DNA from: a virus | Length of the DNA stretch: 64,000 bases | Reading direction: 5' to 3' (one strand) | IMG/VR virus record: IMGVR_UViG_3300035661_000009 | Location: 1-64,000 of that record | Shown: piece by piece, positions 25,784-35,659 of the stretch | How positions within the stretch are numbered: position 1 is the stretch's first letter | Layout: each line of letters begins with the position of its first letter | Made by a program: the position numbers and the translations under genes | The notes under the pieces: generated by a model | Told to the model about the DNA's origin: nothing | What the model saw: only the letters and a program-made list of their open reading frames with translations | The model's database searches: none

Positions 25784-27954
25784 TGAATTCTTATAGAAAA
25801 GCAAAAACAGTAGCAAAGGATATGTTAGTTAATGGTCCAAGCCTTGAAAAGAAGGTCTTAGACACAATGAAAATTATTTCAGATATGGTTGGCTCAACAT
25901 TGGGCCCCAGTGGTAGGCCGGTTCTAATCGAAAGGCAAGAGTACGGTCTGCCTCACATCTTTACTAAAGACGGTGTAACGGTGTTTCGCAATCTTGGTTT
26001 TCAAGACCCCACTGCCCATGCAATTATGGAGGCGGCAAGAGACGCCTCGGTAAGAACCGCCTCGGAAGCTGGCGACGGGCCACAGCCTTTATGGAGTAAG
26101 ATCCTAACTCCGGAAGGATTTATTTTTATGGGTGCTGCTCGTAAAGGAATGAAAATTTGCGGAACCAACGGAACTATTCAAGAAATTATAGAGGTTTACG
26201 AAAAAGGGGCTAAAGAGATTTGGCAAATTCATTTTTCAAAAAATAGAATTGTAGAATGTAGTTTTGACCATTTATGGTCTGTAAAACATGAGTTTTATGG
26301 AAAAATAAGCAAAAAAACACAAATTATAACCACCAGAGAATTATATAGAAGGCTTAAATTAGGAATGAAATCTTTTACTCCAAACTTCATGGGGGAAGGA
26401 GATGGTGATGAAGTAATAAGAATCACTCCTACTAATAAAGTAGGTGAAATGCGTTGCATTAAAGTAAGTAATCCAGATAATCTTTATATAACGGACAATT
26501 TTGTAGTTACTCACAACACAACTACCGCCACTGTTTTAGCGGAAGCTATTGTTCGTCGTACACATGAGTATTGCAAGAAGCATCCAACCGTCTCTCCACA
26601 AAAAGTAGTTCGCCATCTAGAAGAAGTTTTTTCTTCGAGTATTTCTCCGTTTATTAAAAGCCATAGTATGGAAGCGGATGAACAAATGCTTAAGTCTGTA
26701 GCTAAGTTATCAGCTAACGGCGACGGAGAATTAGCTGACGCAGTTATGAGGTGCTTTGATGTTATTGGCGATGACGGCAACATTATAATTAATGAACAAT
26801 CAGGCCCCTCAGCTTATGAGGTGGAATTCACCAAGGGATATCCCATAGGAATGGGGTATGAGGAAAGCTGCGGTAAGCTATTTCCTTTGTTCTTAAACGA
26901 TAAGAAGAATAACCGAACCTTCCTAGAAAAGCCTGTATTTTTACTGTATTTTGGTGCAATTACACAAATACAGACTATAGAGAAATTAATGCAAACCGTA
27001 GGTAGTGCATGGGAAAATCCACAACACCACGACCTCGAAAAGCCATTTAACTACAATGTCGTTATCGTAGCTACTGGATATTCAGAAGCCGTACTAGGAG
27101 ATTTATCGGCAAACTTCTCACATCCTCACACTATTAACGTTTTCCCATTATTAACTCCAAAATCACCCGTTAGTAGCGGTGAAATGCATTTTCTATATGA
27201 CTTAGCGGCAGTTACCGGAGCCACGGTATTTGATCCTATTGGTCGCCCCATAGAGAACGCAACCTTGCAGGACCTAGGTTATGGTATTGAATCGTTTGAA
27301 GCTACCAGATACCGCAGTACAATTCTTGGGTTATCAGATGATACATTAATAGAAGTTCGGGCTGACGAGCTTCGAGAGTCACTAAAGACCTCTGATAGTA
27401 AATATGATTCAAGCTTTATTCAAGAAAGACTAGCTAAGCTTACTTCTGGTATCGCAAAGCTTAAGGTAATCGGCCCTTCCAACGGTGAATTACGTGAAAA
27501 GCGAGATCGTGCAGAAGATGCTACGTTCGCTGTACGTGGAGCTAAGAATCACGGCTGCTTACCGGGCGGTTGCTGGACGTTACTAAAGGTTAGCCAAAAC
27601 CTACCAGATAATGAAATTAATAATGAGATACTAATACCTGCATTAATGGAACCTTTAACTAAGATTTTAACTAATTGCGGTATGCATACTGAAGAAATAG
27701 ATGAAATTGTACACAAGCTAAGCAATACGGATTCACTTGTTTATGACGCAATGCAACATCAATATGTAGATGCGCGTCATTCCGGTATTTTAGATAGCAC
27801 TCCTGCTGTTTTAGAAGCAGTACGGAATTCAATCTCTATAGCCAGTATGTTAGGTACGTTAGGTGGTTCAATAGTATTTCGTCGGGACGAACAGATGGAA
27901 CTATCAGAAGCTCAAAACGCTGTTGAAGCTGAAAAATCATTCTTAGGTGACTAA
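25783..27954 (+). CDS. groL: GroEL-like chaperonin (intein-containing)
   Basis: TLGPSGRPV, TKDGVTV, AGDG|TTTATVLA, ERLAKL.SGIA, EKRDRAEDA, PGGC, GILD. Confidence 0.95.
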   Translation: MNSYRKAKTVAKDMLVNGPSLEKKVLDTMKIISDMVGSTLGPSGRPVLIERQEYGLPHIFTKDGVTVFRNLGFQDPTAHAIMEAARDASVRTASEAGDGPQPLWSKILTPEGFIFMGAARKGMKICGTNGTIQEIIEVYEKGAKEIWQIHFSKNRIVECSFDHLWSVKHEFYGKISKKTQIITTRELYRRLKLGMKSFTPNFMGEGDGDEVIRITPTNKVGEMRCIKVSNPDNLYITDNFVVTHNTTTATVLAEAIVRRTHEYCKKHPTVSPQKVVRHLEEVFSSSISPFIKSHSMEADEQMLKSVAKLSANGDGELADAVMRCFDVIGDDGNIIINEQSGPSAYEVEFTKGYPIGMGYEESCGKLFPLFLNDKKNNRTFLEKPVFLLYFGAITQIQTIEKLMQTVGSAWENPQHHDLEKPFNYNVVIVATGYSEAVLGDLSANFSHPHTINVFPLLTPKSPVSSGEMHFLYDLAAVTGATVFDPIGRPIENATLQDLGYGIESFEATRYRSTILGLSDDTLIEVRADELRESLKTSDSKYDSSFIQERLAKLTSGIAKLKVIGPSNGELREKRDRAEDATFAVRGAKNHGCLPGGCWTLLKVSQNLPDNEINNEILIPALMEPLTKILTNCGMHTEEIDEIVHKLSNTDSLVYDAMQHQYVDARHSGILDSTPAVLEAVRNSISIASMLGTLGGSIVFRRDEQMELSEAQNAVEAEKSFLGD
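26080..26517 (+). mobile_element. Class 3 mini-intein in GroEL (146 aa)
   Basis: Starts PQP, has DHLW (Trp), MRCI (Cys), ends VVTHN|T; no endonuclease domain. Confidence 0.88.
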
Positions 27955-28217
27955 TGGCTACTTATAGATATTTTTGCCCTACCTGCAATAAGCCTCAAAC
28001 TAGGTCTCTTTCCCCCGAAGACGCTAAGAAAGAAGTTCTTTGCAGGAAGTGTCAAACTGTAATGAAAAGAAACAAAGTAGATAGCTTTACTACGATTAAG
28101 GAAACTATTGACAACGGCATTATGCTCCGAAAAGTAGAGCAAATTGCTGGAGCTAACGAGCAAATTCATGAACGTGAGTTTCTAGATAGACAAAAGAAAG
28201 AAAAAGATACCTTATAA
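27954..28217 (+). CDS. FmdB-like zinc-ribbon protein
   Basis: MATYRYFCPTC...CRKC...MKR. Confidence 0.7.
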   Translation: MATYRYFCPTCNKPQTRSLSPEDAKKEVLCRKCQTVMKRNKVDSFTTIKETIDNGIMLRKVEQIAGANEQIHEREFLDRQKKEKDTL

Positions 28218-30205
28218 TGTCAAGAATAAAGCTTAAAAACATAAAAATGAAGGCTTTTCGGAGCTTTGTTGATTCTCAAGACTCAGGAGAGTTACCTGAG
28301 TCTGGAGTTATTGGTATTTTTGGTAAAAATCTTGATACCGGTGGCAGCAATGGCAGTGGTAAGAGCAATTTTCACCTAGCCATCCCTTACGCTTTCGGGT
28401 ATTCTCATATCCCATCAACTGAATTACAAAGTTATCTTACTGAAGATAAGATGCAAGTCTCTCTCACCTTTGAATATAACGGGGATGCTTATGAATTGAA
28501 CCGTGGAGAGGTAAATTCATTTACTAAAAATGATGAAACAACTATTGGGGCCAAGACTGTAAAGACCAAGGTTGGAGAGTTATTGCCAATCAGTTTAGAT
28601 CTGCTCGATGCATTAACTTTTAGACCGCAGAGAAGCTTTGGTCGATTTATGTCTATGGTGGACAGTGATAGAAAAGAGTTTCTTGGTCAATTACTTAATT
28701 TAAATACTATAGATCAAGCAATTTACGACTCAAAAACTTCGATTGAAGCAAAAGAGAATGGGCTAGAAATGACTAAAGCTCGTTTAGCTGGTTCAAGGCA
28801 AGCTATCCCAGTGGTCCAAGAACCAAAGCTATACGACACCGAGACCGAAGGGAAGAAAATAGAAGAGTTAGACATACAAATTCAATTCTTAGAAGCCGAA
28901 CTTTCTTTCCTTAATACAAAAGCTGAGAACTGCAAGGCGAAGATCAATAAGATTAAAGAAGTTAAGCCGGTGTTTGTCACGCCTTTAGTCGAAGAAACGA
29001 CTAAAATTGACATAAAAATCAGTGAATTGCGCGCAAAAGACAATAGAATTAAGACTGAAATAACGGAAAAGCGTAAAAAGATTGAAGCAAATATCAAAAA
29101 GAATGAATTAGCTATTAAGAATAAGTTTAACTTCTATATAGACCTTCAATCTCAAATTCGTTTTTTAAACGAACATATACACCACTTACAGAATAATACA
29201 TGTAAAACCTGTGGTCAAGAATGGAAAGCTCCAGATACGCTGGACTCTTGTATAATTCAGCTAAAAGACGTAGAAGCGGCTAATTTAATTAACACAGCCC
29301 TTAGAACCGAACTTGAAAACACTACCTTTGCTGAATCAGAAGGTATTATCAAAGAGATTCAAGGGCTAGAATTAGAACTCCGGAACGTGCATAAACGCAT
29401 TAATCTAGAAAGAGATACAGCTGAGTACGAGTTCAATCAAAAGAATAAAGAAAAGATTGACGCCTTACTTACCGAAATTTCTCCCATACTACAGGAATAT
29501 AAAGAAAAGAGACTTCTATATGAAACTCTTAATATGCAACTAACCGAATCTCGTGTAAACGTTTCATATCAAAATGGAGTTAATCAAGAAAAGGTCAAGA
29601 AATATAAAAACGACCTCCTCGCGGCGGAAAATCTTCAAAAACAAGTAACTATATTAGAAGATTCAATAATTAAGATAAGTCATGAATTAAATCTAGAAAG
29701 AGACTTCTCCGCTATGCTTAAGTCGTTTCTTAATAACATAATGGAAGAGGTTTTACTTGAAATAGCCCAAGAGACTAATAGTAAACTCGCTAAACTCAAC
29801 AATACTAGTTCTATTGTAGTTGAGTTCAAAACAGAGAAAGTAACTCAGAAAAACACAATTAAAGAGGAAATTCGACCCATTTTATACAAAAATGGTAAAG
29901 AAGTATCCATAAGATCTGGTCTATCTGGTGGACAATTTGCTAGCGTAGAATGGGCGGTAGATCTTGCCATTAATAACGTCATATCGAGGCGTACAGGCTT
30001 CAATCCGGGGTGGATGGTACTAGATGAGCCATTCCATAACCACGACCCCATAAGCCGGGAAAGCTGTTTAGAGCTATTAAAACAAGAAGCGGAAGACAAG
30101 CTTATTTTTATAATTGAACACTCAGTCGAAACTAATGAATTATTTGACAAAAAGATATTAATTGAGAGCCGGAACGACAAATCTGCCGTCAAGTCGCTCA
30201 TTTAA
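28217..30205 (+). CDS. sbcC: SbcC/Rad50-like SMC ATPase (T4 gp46-like)
   Basis: NGSGKS, coiled coil with CKTC hook, LSGGQ, LDEPF, IEH. Confidence 0.92.
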   Translation: MSRIKLKNIKMKAFRSFVDSQDSGELPESGVIGIFGKNLDTGGSNGSGKSNFHLAIPYAFGYSHIPSTELQSYLTEDKMQVSLTFEYNGDAYELNRGEVNSFTKNDETTIGAKTVKTKVGELLPISLDLLDALTFRPQRSFGRFMSMVDSDRKEFLGQLLNLNTIDQAIYDSKTSIEAKENGLEMTKARLAGSRQAIPVVQEPKLYDTETEGKKIEELDIQIQFLEAELSFLNTKAENCKAKINKIKEVKPVFVTPLVEETTKIDIKISELRAKDNRIKTEITEKRKKIEANIKKNELAIKNKFNFYIDLQSQIRFLNEHIHHLQNNTCKTCGQEWKAPDTLDSCIIQLKDVEAANLINTALRTELENTTFAESEGIIKEIQGLELELRNVHKRINLERDTAEYEFNQKNKEKIDALLTEISPILQEYKEKRLLYETLNMQLTESRVNVSYQNGVNQEKVKKYKNDLLAAENLQKQVTILEDSIIKISHELNLERDFSAMLKSFLNNIMEEVLLEIAQETNSKLAKLNNTSSIVVEFKTEKVTQKNTIKEEIRPILYKNGKEVSIRSGLSGGQFASVEWAVDLAINNVISRRTGFNPGWMVLDEPFHNHDPISRESCLELLKQEAEDKLIFIIEHSVETNELFDKKILIESRNDKSAVKSLI

Positions 30206-30208
30206 CCC

Positions 30209-30237
30209 TTGCCATAGCACACCCGTGAGTGTATATT
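30209..30237 (+). promoter_or_regulatory. Sigma70-type promoter
   Basis: TTGCCA-17 bp-TATATT in intergenic region. Confidence 0.6.
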
Positions 30238-30272
30238 GTCGGTGTAGTTAAACACTAACCCAGAAAGAAACA

Positions 30273-30554
30273 ATGCCTAGACCAGCAAAGAACCCAGAAG
30301 AGAAGTTTTTAGAATTACCCCAAGATTGGCGTACCAAAGTTGAAGCCCTATCTATTGATGATTTAAAGAACGAACTAATGGTAGTGGTAGATAACGAGCG
30401 CGAGAACCTCAAGAACAAGGACGAAGACCAGCACCTAAAAGAAGCTAAAGAATCCTATACAGACGCTGCTGCTCAATATAAAGAAGCCAGTAAGGCTCAT
30501 AAACTAATGATTAACTACGTCCTTCGCATCTTAGGAGACAAAGGCGCAGTTTAA
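30273..30554 (+). CDS. Hypothetical helical protein
   Basis: 93 aa, charged coiled coil, own promoter. Confidence 0.7.
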   Translation: MPRPAKNPEEKFLELPQDWRTKVEALSIDDLKNELMVVVDNERENLKNKDEDQHLKEAKESYTDAAAQYKEASKAHKLMINYVLRILGDKGAV

Positions 30555-30564
30555 TTTTGACTTC

Positions 30565-30597
30565 TGCTATAATCTACCACTAACCAAGGTAGATTAT
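30565..30597 (+). promoter_or_regulatory. Extended -10 promoter overlapping an RBS/start-sequestering hairpin
   Basis: TGCTATAAT at 30565-30573; 10-bp stem ATAATCTACC / GGTAGATTAT includes the AT of the ATG. Confidence 0.6.
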
Positions 30598-31081
30598 GTC
30601 AATTCATTGCAACGCTTGTGATACAGATAAGATTTCCGAATTATTCCCTAAACCTAAGAAAAATAAAAAAGGTGAATTAAAATACGGAAACTGTAAACAA
30701 TGTATCGCATCGAAAAGTAGACGATTACGTTTAAAAAATAAATTCAATATATCAGAAGAGGAATATTTAGCTATTCTTTCACTACAAGATGATGTCTGTG
30801 CTATATGTAAAAATCCTCCAAAATTTAATAAGAATCTAGCTGTAGATCACGATCACAAAACCGGCCTCATTAGAGGCCTTTTGTGTTGGGGCTGTAACAA
30901 AGCTTTAGGTGTTTTTAGAGACAATTTGTTCAAATTTGAACAAACAGTTCTTTATCTAAGATTGCCTCCAGCTACTCAAGCTTTAGGCGAAGAAAGATAT
31001 GGTTTAAAGGGCCGTGTTACCAATAAAGCGGCTACCGTAAAGAAACTAAACAAAGAACTGTTTGAAAAAAAGAAAAAATAA
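30596..31081 (+). CDS. Recombination endonuclease VII-family HNH nuclease
   Basis: QDDVCAIC...LAVDHDHKTGLIRGLLCWGCNKALG. Confidence 0.9.
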   Translation: MSIHCNACDTDKISELFPKPKKNKKGELKYGNCKQCIASKSRRLRLKNKFNISEEEYLAILSLQDDVCAICKNPPKFNKNLAVDHDHKTGLIRGLLCWGCNKALGVFRDNLFKFEQTVLYLRLPPATQALGEERYGLKGRVTNKAATVKKLNKELFEKKKK

Positions 31082-32943
31082 TGACACCATCCAATAAGAT
31101 ATTATCAGATTTAGTAAGTTTTAGAACGTATTCAAAATATATACCTCATCTAGAACGTAGAGAAGTATTGCCGGAAACTATTAACCGTGTAATGACAATG
31201 CACTTAGATAAGTTCCCCAAGTTAAGTAAGCCTATTATGAAGGCTTTTAAGAAGGTCCATGATCTAGAAGTTATGCCAAGCATGAGAACGTTGCAGTTTG
31301 CTGGCGACCCTATTTTGAAAAATTCAGCTAGAGGCTATAATTGTTCAGCAACTACAATTACCCACCCGAGGAAGTTTTCTGAAATATTATTCTTATTACT
31401 TTCAGGCACAGGAGTAGGATATTCGCTACAAAAGCGTCATATTAGTCAGCTACCTAATATACGTCCAACTACTCAAGAAGGCCGCTTTGTAGTTCAAGAT
31501 TCGATTCAAGGGTGGTCACAAGCTACTCAAGTTTTGATGGATGCTTATTTTTATGGCACAATACGTCCAACCTTTGATTTTTCAGACATTAGTCCAAAAG
31601 GTACTCAATTAAACACAACTGGAGCTAAGGCTCCAGGCCCGGAACCGTTGAAGTACATGTTAAATGAAGTAGAAAAGCGCCTTAAATTTGCCATTGGCCG
31701 TCAACTTCGTAGTATCGAAGTTCATGACATTATCTGCATTATTTCAGATTGCGTCCTTGCTGGCGGTATTCGCCGTAGTTCATTGATTGCTCTCTTTGAT
31801 AGAGATGATTATGAAATGTTGAAGTGCAAATCTGGCAGTTGGTGGGAAAAACACCCATATCGAGCTAGGGCCAATAACAGTGCCGTATTAATGCGAGGAG
31901 AAGTAACTAAGGATGAGTTCATGGAACTTTTTCGAACTTGCAAAGATAGTAACGCTGGCGAGCCAGGGTTCTTTTGGACTAATGATTACGACCTTTTAAC
32001 TAATCCGTGCGCTGAAATTTCATTAAATCCAGATCAATTCTGCAATCTAACAATAGTAAATCAGACAGGGATTCTCAGCAAAGAAGATTTTTTATCGAGA
32101 ATATACAGTGCGACGGTATTAGGTACGATACAGGCATCTTACACAAATTTCCCATATCTGTCCGAAAGCTGGAAACGTCAGACAGAAGCTGAAGCCTTGC
32201 TTGGTATTTCATTTACAGGAATCGCCGATAGCAATGGTATAGTTACCGCTGAGTGGTTAAGGGAAGGGGCTAAGCTAGCTTTAGAAGTAAATGCAGAATT
32301 TGCTAAAAAAATAGGAATTAATCAAGCAGCTAGAATTACTGCAATTAAACCAGAAGGATCGAGTTCTCTTGTATTAGGGTCTTCATCTGGAATCCATTCC
32401 AGGAAGTCTAAATACTACTTACGTCGTGTTCAAATCAATAAAGATGACGCAATGTATCTCTATTTATTAGCCACAGTACCTAATCTAATAGAAGATGCCA
32501 TTGGCGTACCCAATACTGCGGTAATCACCGTTCCACAGGAATCTCCAGATAACGCCCCTACAGAAGATAAAGAGACCGCTATGCAATTATTCAATAGGGT
32601 GATGATGTATCAAAGGAATTGGATTACTCCGGGGCATCGTTCTGGTAAAAACAAACATAACGTAAGCGTAACCATTACTCCAAGAGAAGATGAATGGTCT
32701 GAACTAGCAGAAGCTATGTGGGATAAGCGAGACCTTTATACAGGGATTAGTTTGTTCCCGTTCGATAATGGCTCATATCAGCAAGCTCCTTTTGAATCTT
32801 GTGATAAAGATACTTTTGACAAGTATTACAGTCAGGTAAAAGAACTCGATTTAACTCAGGTTCGTGAACGTGAAAATCTGACAAATATGATAGAATCAGT
32901 TAGTTGTGCTGGCGGCGCATGTGAAATAACATGGCTCAAGTAA
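31081..32943 (+). CDS. nrdJ: Class II (B12-dependent) ribonucleotide reductase
   Basis: PSMR, YNC, GTGVG, GGIRRS, RANNS, GEPG, TNPCAEI, FCNL, KPEG, C-terminal CAGGAC; no small subunit adjacent. Confidence 0.9.
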   Translation: MTPSNKILSDLVSFRTYSKYIPHLERREVLPETINRVMTMHLDKFPKLSKPIMKAFKKVHDLEVMPSMRTLQFAGDPILKNSARGYNCSATTITHPRKFSEILFLLLSGTGVGYSLQKRHISQLPNIRPTTQEGRFVVQDSIQGWSQATQVLMDAYFYGTIRPTFDFSDISPKGTQLNTTGAKAPGPEPLKYMLNEVEKRLKFAIGRQLRSIEVHDIICIISDCVLAGGIRRSSLIALFDRDDYEMLKCKSGSWWEKHPYRARANNSAVLMRGEVTKDEFMELFRTCKDSNAGEPGFFWTNDYDLLTNPCAEISLNPDQFCNLTIVNQTGILSKEDFLSRIYSATVLGTIQASYTNFPYLSESWKRQTEAEALLGISFTGIADSNGIVTAEWLREGAKLALEVNAEFAKKIGINQAARITAIKPEGSSSLVLGSSSGIHSRKSKYYLRRVQINKDDAMYLYLLATVPNLIEDAIGVPNTAVITVPQESPDNAPTEDKETAMQLFNRVMMYQRNWITPGHRSGKNKHNVSVTITPREDEWSELAEAMWDKRDLYTGISLFPFDNGSYQQAPFESCDKDTFDKYYSQVKELDLTQVRERENLTNMIESVSCAGGACEITWLK

Positions 32944-32949
32944 GGATTT

Positions 32950-33783
32950 ATGGCTAAGATAATATCAAATGATGAAGTAGACGAAACGGAAGTTATAGAA
33001 CAAGATACTCAAGATCAACAATTAGATGATGTTCTAGATGAATTAGATGAAGAAACTCAAGAACTTGAGAATATGACGGAAGTAGAAGTAAGACTAGAAG
33101 AAGCTAATTATTTCAAGGCTTTACTTCAAAATCCACTGTTCTCTGATACAGATTCGCCCATAGCAGAAAGGGTAGAAAAGAGGGTTCGTGGGTTTATTCA
33201 ATCAGAATTGCGAATCCTGTTAGGTCTAGAAACGAGGAAGCTAATCCCAATTCAAGCCCAAAGCAATTTTACCCAAGAAGAAGAGAAGGTGCTAAAAGCG
33301 TTGGCTGGAAAGGTGCTAAGTAAAGAAAAAGTAGAACAAAAATCTGAACCAACCGTTAATACAGCAACACTACAGCCAGTACAGCAAGTTAAACCAGTTA
33401 CCGTAACTCAGGCGGTAGTTAAGAAGCCCGTTGCAGTAAGGGGTCGGCCGCCAGTGGCTAAGACCAAGAAAGAAGAGGCAAAGAAAGAAACTAAAGTGGA
33501 AGCCCCACTAAATAAACCCAAGACTGTAAAGATTAAGAGAATTGTCAATACTCCAGAAGGACCAAAGGAAGTTGAGATTGACGTTCCACAGTCACAAACC
33601 CAGCCTTCTGCTGTAACAAAACGACATCAGACCTTGACACAGGCCGAGGTCAATAATATAATGCAGCAGTCAGCTATCCAAGAAGCACCGGGTGGAATTC
33701 TTGGGCAAGCATTGAATTTAATAAACCCAGCATTGTCAGCACAACTAATAATAGATGATTCAGAATCAGGAGATTACGAATAA
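32950..33783 (+). CDS. Hypothetical protein (acidic N-terminus, K/P-rich linker)
   Basis: 277 aa ORF with RBS in operon. Confidence 0.7.
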   Translation: MAKIISNDEVDETEVIEQDTQDQQLDDVLDELDEETQELENMTEVEVRLEEANYFKALLQNPLFSDTDSPIAERVEKRVRGFIQSELRILLGLETRKLIPIQAQSNFTQEEEKVLKALAGKVLSKEKVEQKSEPTVNTATLQPVQQVKPVTVTQAVVKKPVAVRGRPPVAKTKKEEAKKETKVEAPLNKPKTVKIKRIVNTPEGPKEVEIDVPQSQTQPSAVTKRHQTLTQAEVNNIMQQSAIQEAPGGILGQALNLINPALSAQLIIDDSESGDYE

Positions 33784-34349
33784 TGGCTCAATTAACAATA
33801 ATAGATAGAATTAAACTTTTAGAAGAAAAACAAACAGGGTTAGATCAATCATTGGATCTAACACTTGAACAAGTAAAAGATACTAGTTCAACAACATTGA
33901 CGGTGGTAGACGCTGTAGTATCGGTATTACAAGACTTAAACCTAGCAGAAGATTTTGCTATGTTGGTTCAGAAGAAGATTCAACAAAAACGTCAAGAGCG
34001 TATTGATGGTCAATTAGCTCAAGAAAAGACTCAGCGAGACGCTATGGTCAATTCTGGCGTAATTAAGGTTACCGATACTGTAACCGAAAATTCAGTATTG
34101 GTAGTTAATGTAAAAACCCCAGAAGGTCAAACAATCGGGCTACCGTTACGAGCGGTCGAATTCAGCCAATTTAAGGCAGATTCTGGCCCGCGACTACTAG
34201 GCCAAAAGGTCGGATTCATACTTGAATCAGACTCAAAGGAAACTGTCGAAATAGTAGAAATCTTCGATATTGTTCAATCACAACCAATTCAACAAGAAGA
34301 AGTTGTAATTACTACACCAGAAGCTCCCGCTGCTCCAACCGAAGGCTAA
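33783..34349 (+). CDS. Hypothetical coiled-coil protein with GreA/FKBP-like C-terminal domain
   Basis: RLLGQKVG....VEIVEI pattern after an N-terminal coiled coil. Confidence 0.45.
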   Translation: MAQLTIIDRIKLLEEKQTGLDQSLDLTLEQVKDTSSTTLTVVDAVVSVLQDLNLAEDFAMLVQKKIQQKRQERIDGQLAQEKTQRDAMVNSGVIKVTDTVTENSVLVVNVKTPEGQTIGLPLRAVEFSQFKADSGPRLLGQKVGFILESDSKETVEIVEIFDIVQSQPIQQEEVVITTPEAPAAPTEG

Positions 34350-34350
34350 A

Positions 34351-35658
34351 ATGAATTTTAAGATAGAATACGAAAACCAAGACATTAATTACTGGGCAGA
34401 TCTACATAAGACACTTATAAAGAAAGCCGCCCAAGATGGTGGTGTTCAAGGTTCGGATCTTTCTTGGAATGAATATCAAAAATACGTTTTTACTCATATT
34501 GACCGACCAGATTCCCCCGAAGCTACAGAGTTTCGGGGGAGTGGCAAGTTTAATCGTTTTATGAAGCAATGCGGTGGTTTTGCCGCATTAAAGGCTTCTG
34601 CTGGCGTTAGAATCCAACCAAAAGCCCTGATTATTAAGTCAAAGGCCAAGGCTGAAAGAAAAGTAGCTCAAAAAAAGGCTATGGAAGAGCTACGCGTAGC
34701 TACCATGGAAGAAGTGTTGGCGAAGATTTCACCCATCAATCCCACATACACCCTTCCTAAACGAGAAAAGTATCTAGAACGCCATCAACATTTAATTCTT
34801 TCAGACCTTCACTTCGGCTCAGATTTAAATCCGTTAGTTGGAGTTCGTAAATATGGGATCGTTGAAGAAGCTAGGTCTTTTGCTAAGATAGTTGTAGAAA
34901 CCGTAGAGCATAAGACTCAATACCGTAAAAACACTAAAATCTGGGCTAACTTAAATGGCGACATTATTCAAGGCGATATCCACGATCCAGCCAACTATGA
35001 CGACCTATCTAAACAAGTCGTTAGAGCTATCAATGTCCTTAGTCAAGGTATTGAAATCCTTGGCAGTAACTTCCCTGAAGTTGAATTAAACTGTGTAGGC
35101 GGTAATCACGACCGAAACTCACGTCGTCACCCGGACAGAGCAATGCAAGCAAAGCATGATTCTTGGGCATTTGTTATTTATCACGCCCTTAAGAATCGAT
35201 TTGCCAAACACCAAAACATAAAATTTAATATACCTTTAACGCCTTTTGTTACATACAAGTCATTTGACTCATGGTACTATGGAACTCACGGAGACACTCA
35301 ATTCCACCTACCTAATCCAAGTGGAACAGTAAACGTAAAAGCTTTAGAAAATGAAATAAATAGTTTAAATTCACGTATAAATAGTCCAAAATATAGTGTG
35401 GTATATTTTGGGCACGTACACTCAGGAATGTTGCTCCATTTGTCAAACGGTACGACATTAATAACCAATCCTCCGCTAGTTCCAACGGACGAATACGGCT
35501 CCTCACTTAACATTAATCCAGATAGCCCCACAGGGCAATGGCTGATAGAATCAGTACCCGGTCACGCAGTAGGTGACACTAGATTCGTTAGAGTTACAGA
35601 AGCTGATAGGCAGAACCCTGAATTATCAAAAGTTATCGACCACCGATACTGGAAGTAA
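34351..35658 (+). CDS. Calcineurin-like metallophosphoesterase
   Basis: SDLHFG, NGDII, GNHDR, THGD, GHVH. Confidence 0.85.
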   Translation: MNFKIEYENQDINYWADLHKTLIKKAAQDGGVQGSDLSWNEYQKYVFTHIDRPDSPEATEFRGSGKFNRFMKQCGGFAALKASAGVRIQPKALIIKSKAKAERKVAQKKAMEELRVATMEEVLAKISPINPTYTLPKREKYLERHQHLILSDLHFGSDLNPLVGVRKYGIVEEARSFAKIVVETVEHKTQYRKNTKIWANLNGDIIQGDIHDPANYDDLSKQVVRAINVLSQGIEILGSNFPEVELNCVGGNHDRNSRRHPDRAMQAKHDSWAFVIYHALKNRFAKHQNIKFNIPLTPFVTYKSFDSWYYGTHGDTQFHLPNPSGTVNVKALENEINSLNSRINSPKYSVVYFGHVHSGMLLHLSNGTTLITNPPLVPTDEYGSSLNINPDSPTGQWLIESVPGHAVGDTRFVRVTEADRQNPELSKVIDHRYWK

Positions 35659-35659
35659 A

